Of a stretch of 64,000 bases of DNA, positions 57,323-64,000 are shown piece by piece. Position 1 is the stretch's first letter, and each line of letters starts with the position of its first letter. This DNA comes from Gemmatimonadota bacterium (GTDB lineage: Bacteria > Gemmatimonadota > Gemmatimonadetes > Palauibacterales > Palauibacteraceae). The position numbers and the translations under genes were made by a program. Location: contig JBHIAV010000009.1 in assembly GCA_046758745.1 (NCBI GenBank), forward strand, positions 12,562 to 76,561, written 5' to 3'. Under the pieces are notes generated by a model that saw nothing but the letters and a program-made list of their open reading frames with translations, was not told where the DNA came from and ran no database searches.

Positions 57323-57626
57323 GCGTAGGTATGGCTTTGCAGGCGCACTAGGCAGAAGCAGAAACTGCTACGTGATTCGTTGCTGCTTCTTCGCCAGCTC
57401 GCGGACAAGCCTCTGGACCTCACGTCGGTAGCCCTCCGCTAGTTGCTCGGCGTCTCGGGCCTCAGCAGAAACTCGCGGATACAGTCGAGGAGCTGTCGTC
57501 CATAACGCCCCGGTAGCAGAGCCTCTACGTCTCCACGCCTCTCCACCGCTCGACGCCCTCGCCGCCTGATGGCATAATCCCCGGGAGGCGAACGACACCG
57601 AAGCCAGCAACCCACGGCGTGTCAGC

Positions 57627-58790
57627 TTGCGATATATAGGGAACAAGACGAAGCTGCTGACCTTCATCGGCGAGTTCCTCGACGAGATGAACATCCGCCA
57701 GGGCCGCGCCCTTGATGCTTTCGCAGGAACCGCATCGGTCGGTAGCTACCTGAAGTCGCGAGGCTTCGAGGTCAATGCCTGCGACATCCTCTCCACGAGC
57801 TACGTCTTTCAGCGGGCCTACATCGTTGCGAACGCCTACCCCCCGTTCATAGGACTGGCGGAGGACGAGGGCTTTCAGGAGGCTCGGGCTCGGGATGAGT
57901 TCCGGCGGAGAGTAGAGTCGAGGTTCAAAGGACAGGGCGACCTGTTCGGGGCACGGCCCGCCGAGGCGCGAGCCTTGGAGGAGGTACTCGCCCATCTGGA
58001 CACGGTGCTCCCGCCCGAGGCTTCCTTCATCACCGAACACTACAGCGCCCCGCGAGAGGCCACCGACGGGGCTCGTATGTACTTCACGGAGGAGAACGGC
58101 AAGCGGATCGACGCTGTCCGTGTCCGTCTCCACGAATGGCTTCAACGTGAAGCGATCACCGAAGACGAGTTCTACCTACTACTTGCTTCGCTCCTTGAAG
58201 CTGCCGACTCGGTCGCGAACACGACCGGTGTGTACGCGGCCTTCGTGAAGACGTGGCAAGGAAACGCGCTCCGACCCATCACCCTCCCACTGCCCGCTGT
58301 GGTCGCCTCGCCCGATCTGAACTGCCGGGCCTACAAGGGCGACATCAACAAGCTCCTGGAGAGCTTGGGCCACTTTGATCTCCTGTACCTCGATCCGCCG
58401 TATAACACTCGTCAGTACAGCGCCTACTACCACGTCCCGGAGGTCATTGCAGAAGGGTGGTTCGAGCGCGCTCCCGACCTCCGAGGGAAGACGGGCCTCA
58501 TTCCTGACGAGCACAAGAAGTCCGAATGGTCGACGCGGGAGGGGTGCGTCCCCGCCCTTGAAGAATTGCTTCAGCATGCGGACGCGACACATGTCCTTTT
58601 GAGCTACAACAACGAGGGGATCATCCCCGAGACCGAGATCGAGAGGATCTTCAGATCGGTCGGGGATTCGGACACCTACCGGCGGGTAGGCCGCTCCTAC
58701 AAACGCTACCGGGCCGACCGCGACAGTGAGGACCGCCAGTACAAGGGTGACGAGACCACCGAGTTCCTGTACTATGTTCGCCTCACCTGA
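57627..58790 (+). CDS. DNA N6-adenine methyltransferase (D12/alpha class; M.NlaIII/FokI-like), orphan
   Basis: MRYIGNKTKL, DAFAGTASV (motif I), ANTTGVYAAF, LYLDPPYN (motif IV), LLSYNNEG; TTG start. Confidence 0.92.
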   Translation: MRYIGNKTKLLTFIGEFLDEMNIRQGRALDAFAGTASVGSYLKSRGFEVNACDILSTSYVFQRAYIVANAYPPFIGLAEDEGFQEARARDEFRRRVESRFKGQGDLFGARPAEARALEEVLAHLDTVLPPEASFITEHYSAPREATDGARMYFTEENGKRIDAVRVRLHEWLQREAITEDEFYLLLASLLEAADSVANTTGVYAAFVKTWQGNALRPITLPLPAVVASPDLNCRAYKGDINKLLESLGHFDLLYLDPPYNTRQYSAYYHVPEVIAEGWFERAPDLRGKTGLIPDEHKKSEWSTREGCVPALEELLQHADATHVLLSYNNEGIIPETEIERIFRSVGDSDTYRRVGRSYKRYRADRDSEDRQYKGDETTEFLYYVRLT

Positions 58791-58911
58791 ACGCCCATCC
58801 GCCTCCCGTGAATCCCGGCGGTGCTAAGGCGTACCGACAGACCCTAACATTCATGACAACCATGACCCCGGTCCCCCCCACTCAACAGGAAGGGCAACCC
58901 CCCCGTGATTC

Positions 58912-59706
58912 TTATCCGATCTTTTCCCGGGCTTCCTTAACCATGCCGACGAGGGCATTGCGGCAGTCCTGAGCCGAGCGGACCTCGAACGGGAAGCCGA
59001 TGCGGACGCTGCGCACGCGCTTCGGGGTCTTGAGGCGGACATGGAAACCGAGACGATCCACCGCGGTCATCTTGGCCTCCTCGGCCTCGATGCCCTTGAT
59101 GCTGCGCGCGATGAGGACAAGCGCCTCGGGATGGTCTGCGTTCATGTGCTCCAGTATGCCCGACGCGGCCTCGGCCAACGGATCCGGCTCGGCCTTACCG
59201 AACTCATCCTTCTCCACCCAGCCCATCACACCGAAGCCGCCCACGAAATAAAGGTCCACAACTTCCAACCGGTAGAACGCGAAGTCCGTGAAATCCACCC
59301 AGTAGCGCGCATTCTCGTGCCGCCTCAGATAGACTTCTCGCACGCCCTTGAGCTCCGCCGCCGGCACCTTGCTCGCCTTGCCGATCACAGTCAGACGCGC
59401 GGCCCCCAGGGGATCGGCCTTGGCCTCGGGCGCGGTCACGAACAGGCTGGCGCGCGGGTCACCTACGAGGTTCTGGGTGTGCATGGCCATGCCGCTAATG
59501 AGGAACAGTGGACTGCCCGCGGCATCGAGGGCGTAGGGCATAACAGAGCCGAAGGGGAAGCCCTTTTGTTTCTGGGAATGTGTCGATAGCACTCCGACTT
59601 TGCCGCGATGCAGCAAGGTGCGCGACCTTTCCGCGTAGGTGGTTTCCGGCGCCGGATTAAGGTCGTGCTCGGTCGTCGTGTAGGAATGCTGTCGGGTTTT
59701 GGCCAT
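58912..59706 (-). CDS. HugZ-like pyridoxamine 5'-phosphate oxidase-fold protein with DUF2470
   Basis: GVLSTHS...GFPFGS, LISGMAMHTQNL, RLTVIG, FVGGFG, ILEHMNADH, VDRLGF. Confidence 0.9.
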   Translation of the reverse strand: MAKTRQHSYTTTEHDLNPAPETTYAERSRTLLHRGKVGVLSTHSQKQKGFPFGSVMPYALDAAGSPLFLISGMAMHTQNLVGDPRASLFVTAPEAKADPLGAARLTVIGKASKVPAAELKGVREVYLRRHENARYWVDFTDFAFYRLEVVDLYFVGGFGVMGWVEKDEFGKAEPDPLAEAASGILEHMNADHPEALVLIARSIKGIEAEEAKMTAVDRLGFHVRLKTPKRVRSVRIGFPFEVRSAQDCRNALVGMVKEAREKIG

Positions 59707-59944
59707 GTTGGTGTAGGGTTGTCGATGATCGACTCCGCTGAGCAGATCTTGAAGACGCTCGCAAGAGTGGGCACGTAATCCCAGCACCGGCCTGCCGATA
59801 GCGTCAGCTTGCGATCCGCGCGTCAGCAAAGTTGCTGTGGGGGAAGCAGGGGGGCAAGCGACGAGCCCTCCCACCAGAGCTCGCTCGTTTGCGTGAATCC
59901 GAGGGCTCCAGAATACGTTAGGTGAAGGAACCAGGAGGTGAGAC

Positions 59945-60181
59945 GTGGAAAGATGCCACGGCAAGACCAAGTCCGGGGCTCGCTGCAAGCGGTCGGCACG
60001 CGCGGGCTCACGCTTCTGCGCGACCCACGCCGGGCAGGCCGACGGAACGCCGAGAGACGCGCACTCCCCAGGGGAGGCCCCTGAGAAGCGCGATCCGCTG
60101 AACTCACTTATCGGATTGGTCGCTGTGGGCGCCGTCGTCTGCGCGGTCCTCACGCTCAGACGCTTGCTCCGGTTCTTGTAG
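59945..60181 (+). CDS. Small protein with C3H zinc knuckle (DUF5763-like) and C-terminal TM
   Basis: RCHGKTKSGARCKRSARAGSRFCATH; LIGLVAVGAVVCAVL; AGGAGGT RBS. Confidence 0.75.
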   Translation: MERCHGKTKSGARCKRSARAGSRFCATHAGQADGTPRDAHSPGEAPEKRDPLNSLIGLVAVGAVVCAVLTLRRLLRFL

Positions 60182-60598
60182 CCGCGAGGGTGTCAGCTTC
60201 GTGGCGGATCACGGCTAGACTATGTGACGCGACTGCCCCTACCCCACCCCGCTCCGAGATCTCCTCCGGCCGGCGCCTCGAACAGGATGAAGGCGCAATG
60301 TTCCAGCTCGGGGGCCCTCCTTACTCTGCGAGGACGTGATCAGGAGCGTGGCGTGGGATGCGAGGCGCGACGGCTCCAGGTCGATTGGGAAGTCGAGGGA
60401 CGTGCCGCTGCTGTCCGGACCTGTCGCGGGAGACGGTGCTGTCCTAGCTGACGAGCCGGGGGTGGGTGTACCCTGTGCGCTGGACCGCACAGCCGGCTGA
60501 GAACGGTGACAAGGGAAGAGGTGCAGAGCAGCGGCGCCGGTGGTATGAAGAGGTCACCGGTCGTTCAGACTGGTTCTGAGCCAGCGCGGGGAGGGACT

Positions 60599-60949
60599 GT
60601 GAGCGACGACATCATCCACATCGGCAGATGGCGCGCCTTCTGGCACGCTGCTGCCGACCGGGCCGAACGAGACATGCCAGAAGGCGTGGCCGAAGTCTGG
60701 CGAGCCATAGCGGAGCTCGAAACCGACGCCGGCATACGCGATCCGCGAGACTCGTCGCGGATTGTGGAGCTACTCCGTGAACTCGAGTTGCAGGCGCTGA
60801 TCGCTGTAGGCGCAGGCATAGTCGGCGCGTTGGACGGCGCGCTCGAGCGGTGGAAAGACCATCCCGAAGAGAAGAACCCCGAGGCGGGACGGGCGCTGCT
60901 CCGAATGGGCACACCGCTACAGATCGAGTTGCAGCAAAGACAATCCTAA
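60599..60949 (+). CDS. Hypothetical helical protein
   Basis: GGAGGG RBS then GTG; MSDDIIHIGRWRAFWHAAADRAE... Confidence 0.55.
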   Translation: MSDDIIHIGRWRAFWHAAADRAERDMPEGVAEVWRAIAELETDAGIRDPRDSSRIVELLRELELQALIAVGAGIVGALDGALERWKDHPEEKNPEAGRALLRMGTPLQIELQQRQS

Positions 60950-61005
60950 ACAACGCCAACACGAAGGTGACACGGACTCCCCGTCGATCTGCCGTGATCC
61001 AGCTC

Positions 61006-61062
61006 GGCGACCTGTGGATCTACGAGGACGAGATCCGGAGCGTGGCGTGGGACGGCGAAGTG
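61006..61062 (+). repeat. 57-bp direct repeat, copy 2
   Basis: Matches 57266-57322 at an offset of 3740 bp. Confidence 0.9.
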
Positions 61063-61197
61063 CGTCTCGCCAAAGATTCGCACCCGAGGTGCAGCGCGAT
61101 CACCACCCGGCCGAGTCGCCGGCGGTAGTCCCGGAGGAGGGTGGCAGGGTGGCGCGATGCTCTGTTAGGGGGCCGACGTTGATCACAAGGGGCACAT

Positions 61198-61500
61198 CTA
61201 GCTGACGCGCGGACCGCGCGAGTAGTACCCGTCCTGGAAGGAGTCGAAGAACGGCTGGAGCAGCGGGTGGGCGATTGGCTCTCCAGAGCGGTCTTCCTCG
61301 AGGTTGCGCTCGGCCACGTAGGTGACGTCATACGTTCCGTGAACCAGCACGCGATACCAAGGTTTGTCCTTCGGCGGCCGCGTGCGCGCCACCTTGCGGT
61401 ACCACTCGTCCGTGTGCTGGAAGGTGGGATGGGCTTCGACGATCACGCCCCGATAATCGAACAATCGGTGGTGGACAACCTGACCAAGCATGAACTTCAT
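61198..61500 (-). CDS. hspQ: Heat shock protein HspQ / YccV-like
   Basis: KFMLGQVVHHRLFDYRGVI, RPPKDKPWYRVLVH, TYVAERNL, HP. Confidence 0.92.
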   Translation of the reverse strand: MKFMLGQVVHHRLFDYRGVIVEAHPTFQHTDEWYRKVARTRPPKDKPWYRVLVHGTYDVTYVAERNLEEDRSGEPIAHPLLQPFFDSFQDGYYSRGPRVS

Positions 61501-62113
61501 CTAAGGCACTCCGAGCGAGGAGCCGACCCCTTCGCGTCCCGTCGCTGAGCGTCAGCTCGCGTCATCGGGCGTTGTCACTATTTCTGGCACTGACTCCTAT
61601 GAGTGCCCGAGGTGCGGCGCGATTGCCATCTTCACGCTGCCGCCCTCTCCTCCGCCGAGACAATCTACCACGGCCGGTTCCCAGGTCCACACGCCCAACC
61701 TGAAGGGGCCCGAAGGCCGCCCCCTGTGTAGATGCGCTATCCCATCAAGCGGAGCACGTTAACGATCGGAGCGACGCCGGCCTGCCGCGAATCGGCGTGA
61801 GCGGCACTAGCGCTCTGCGCTCGGGGGCCGGTGCGGCGGCGGCGCCACACATCCCGAGCGCCCCCCGGGGGCGAACCCTCGGCGTGGCCGAGCATCCCAT
61901 CCACAGAAGGTCCGTGGTGACAGGACGATGCAAGACTCCAGTCGGATGCGGTTCGCCTCCCCCAGCAGGGGGTGTAGTTCTTGCCAACCCAGCGGCCACC
62001 GGCCGTGCCCTTTGCCAATATGTACCTATGTGGAGGACCACCTTGAGACGGCTAGGCCTGACCGCCGCGCGTCGTGATCGCCGCTGGTGTACGCTTGACC
62101 CGGTGAGTGCCGC

Positions 62114-62602
62114 GTGATCCCCACCCTGCTGTTCCAGCTCGCCGCCGGCATCTATATGGGCGGCTGGTATTCCGGCGAGCAGTCCGCCCACCCGTTCCTC
62201 TACGGCATCTGGGGCGGGACGGTCGAGTACCGCATAGACCCGGTGGGGATACAGGCGGATGTCTCCGTCACCACGATCCAGCCCGGCAACGCCGTGGTGG
62301 ATGTCACGCAGGTCGGGTTATCACCGATCCTGTACCTCAGCCGCGGTCCCGCCTCGCCGTTCCTGAGGGCAGAGTTCGGCTGGCGCCGGTACCTGCTCTG
62401 GCATCGCGACGATTCAAAGACCACCGAAGCCGGCGCCTATCTCGGGGCGGGTACCGGGGTCAGGGTTCCCTCTGGGCGGCTTGCCGTCCGGCCAGAGGTC
62501 CGATGGCTCCACAGCAGCTTCGACCACGGCGTACCCACACTCGCCCGGTCGCAGAACGATCTCGTGTTCGACATTGCCCTGGAGTTCGACCTGTGGCGCT
62601 AG
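62114..62602 (+). CDS. Probable small outer-membrane beta-barrel protein
   Basis: Alternating amphipathic strands, SPFLRAEFG, GAGTGVRV, VRPEVRW; aromatic C-terminus. Start uncertain. Confidence 0.6.
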   Translation: MIPTLLFQLAAGIYMGGWYSGEQSAHPFLYGIWGGTVEYRIDPVGIQADVSVTTIQPGNAVVDVTQVGLSPILYLSRGPASPFLRAEFGWRRYLLWHRDDSKTTEAGAYLGAGTGVRVPSGRLAVRPEVRWLHSSFDHGVPTLARSQNDLVFDIALEFDLWR

Positions 62603-62636
62603 CGCGTCCGACTGAGCGGCCGGCAGGATACCGGAC

Positions 62637-64000
62637 CTATCCCTTGGGGCGAAGCAGCTCCCTGAAGGGCGGGTAGTCCCACACGGGCTCGAGATAGGGA
62701 TTCGCGTGGAACTCTCTAAGGGGCCGCTTCAAGCTACGGTCGGCGGCCTCGCGCAGGAGCTCCACCGCCCGGGCCTTCTCGCCCAGCGCGGCGGCGATCT
62801 GAGCCAGCCCGTAGCTATAGTGCCACGCAGGTAGACCGAGTCGATCGCGGAACTGATATGCTGCGTACATGGGTGAGGCCGGCCCGTGTTCTTCCAGCCA
62901 CCGGTAAATCTGGCGCGCTCTCTCCCGATCGCCCCGGCGGGCGGCCACGACCGCGAGGTCCACGCGGACGCTCACATCCCCGGGGTCCTCGGCGGCGAGC
63001 TGCTCGAGGATCGGGCGGGACTCGTCCAGGCGCCCGGCCATGGCCAGCGCCCGCGCGAGATGAAACCGGCCGTTCTCCCTACCCCGGTACAGCTGGATCA
63101 TGCGGCCGAGGAGCTCCGAAGCCGCGCCCCGGTGGCCGTGGGCGTACAGCTCACCGGCGGACACCGCCAGCAGCATATGGGCGCCGGCGGCGAGGGCTCC
63201 CTCGGCGCGGGCCAGGATCGGCTCGACACGCCCCAGGGCGGCCAGGGCACGGGTCTCGTAATAGATCGTCGCCCCCTCATCCGGATGCAGCCGACGACCC
63301 TCACGCGCCGCCTCCAGCTCTCTGTCGTGCTCGCCCAGCAGGTGATACGCCGCGGTCAAGGTGTTCCAGTAGGGGGTCCAGCCGCGCAGCCATCCGCTTT
63401 CGGGGTCGGCCGCGAGCAGGAACTGTATGGCCTCCCGCGGTCGGTTGAGCCTCAGAGCGGTGCCCCCCGCATTCTTCAGGTAGTCGGACCCGGGCGCGAT
63501 CTCCACCACCCGACGGATAGCCTCGAGCTGTGTGACCCCGTCGGTGGCCGTGAGATAGTCCAGGAAGTGCCGGTCCAGCGGAGCGAGCCGGTCACGGCGC
63601 CGATTCAGCGCCTCGGCAATGGAGTCCGCCGCCGGAGCGTGCCCCATGATCGCCCACAGGAGCGGCATGGTGAAGGTGGAATCGAGCGCCGCCGCTCGCA
63701 GGAAATACGGGCGCCCCTCCTCGAAATTCACCGTCGTATGAAGCTCCACGCCTGTGACGAACTCCCGGTAGGCCTCGAACGTCGGCGGCTTGCTCGCGTG
63801 CTGAATCCACTTGGTCAGACGCGGATCGGTCAGGGTCGCCAGCGCCGTCATCACCCGATCGCGCAGCTGCTCCATCGCCTCGAGCGGCGCGCCGACGGCT
63901 CCGCCTATGGGCTCGATGGCCGCCAGCGCCGTGCCGTGGCGGGCGTCCGTCACATGGGCTTGCAAGTAGACGCTGTCGCCCTGCAGATAGTACCGCCCCC
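62637..64000 (-). CDS. C-terminal TolB-like/TPR region of a large protein, probably kinase- or BTAD-fused (5' end outside window)
   Basis: PPTFEAYREF, AAALDSTF, TPRs, terminal DYPPFRELLRPKG; frame open to the window edge. Confidence 0.85.
   Translation of the reverse strand, partial: GRYYLQGDSVYLQAHVTDARHGTALAAIEPIGGAVGAPLEAMEQLRDRVMTALATLTDPRLTKWIQHASKPPTFEAYREFVTGVELHTTVNFEEGRPYFLRAAALDSTFTMPLLWAIMGHAPAADSIAEALNRRRDRLAPLDRHFLDYLTATDGVTQLEAIRRVVEIAPGSDYLKNAGGTALRLNRPREAIQFLLAADPESGWLRGWTPYWNTLTAAYHLLGEHDRELEAAREGRRLHPDEGATIYYETRALAALGRVEPILARAEGALAAGAHMLLAVSAGELYAHGHRGAASELLGRMIQLYRGRENGRFHLARALAMAGRLDESRPILEQLAAEDPGDVSVRVDLAVVAARRGDRERARQIYRWLEEHGPASPMYAAYQFRDRLGLPAWHYSYGLAQIAAALGEKARAVELLREAADRSLKRPLREFHANPYLEPVWDYPPFRELLRPKG

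Noticed and set aside
57266-61062. CRISPR array or integron attC interpretation of the repeats
   Set aside because: Only two full copies 3.7 kb apart, no regular spacers, no cas or intI gene, and no RYYYAAC...GTTRRRY hairpin.
57627-61500. Functional link between the adenine MTase and HspQ/YccV (hemimethylated DNA binding)
   Set aside because: hspQ lies outside the repeat-bounded segment and is a common stand-alone gene; proximity is the only evidence.
61560-62100. Short ORFs including a YECPRCG zinc-ribbon-like piece
   Set aside because: No clear start or RBS, and atypical composition; cannot be supported.

Overview
High-GC bacterial window. Several features suggest Gemmatimonadota: a Ser/Thr kinase-TPR fusion, TolB-like/TPR membrane proteins, and choice-of-anchor B and FG-GAP proteins. 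This is an inference, since there is no marker gene. Contents from left to right: a partial M28 peptidase; divergent NHEJ genes ku and ligD; a kinase-TPR followed by a protein with a Cys-rich tail; a Flp pilin and two dispersed TadG-like paralogs; a SAM-enzyme cluster (PflX-like radical SAM, sixA, pcm, membrane spermidine-synthase-like methyltransferase, AmmeMemoRadiSam radical SAM); and an MBL hydrolase. Next comes a minus-strand run of choice-of-anchor B and FG-GAP proteins followed by a complete mxaRSACKL-like MoxR/VWA cluster with no methanol dehydrogenase gene. After that: dodecin, a 34-aa basic microprotein missed by the ORF track, cfa, two fused APC permeases, a membrane multiheme cytochrome paired with a CRTAC1/ASPIC-UnbV protein, an ATP-grasp gene, OsmC and a flavodoxin-like protein. 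The right end is decayed and variable (pseudogenes, orphan adenine MTase, 57-bp direct repeats). Three signals stand out. (1) An unannotated poly-Cys leader ORF with an antiterminator and intrinsic terminator directly upstream of the ATP-grasp gene, a candidate cysteine-sensing transcription attenuator. (2) The MDH-less mxaRSACKL module behind Ca-binding beta-propeller genes. (3) A recurrent TAA-N19-TTA intergenic motif. No rRNA, tRNA, CRISPR array or transposase was recognised. All family calls come from motif recognition by eye; no searches were run.
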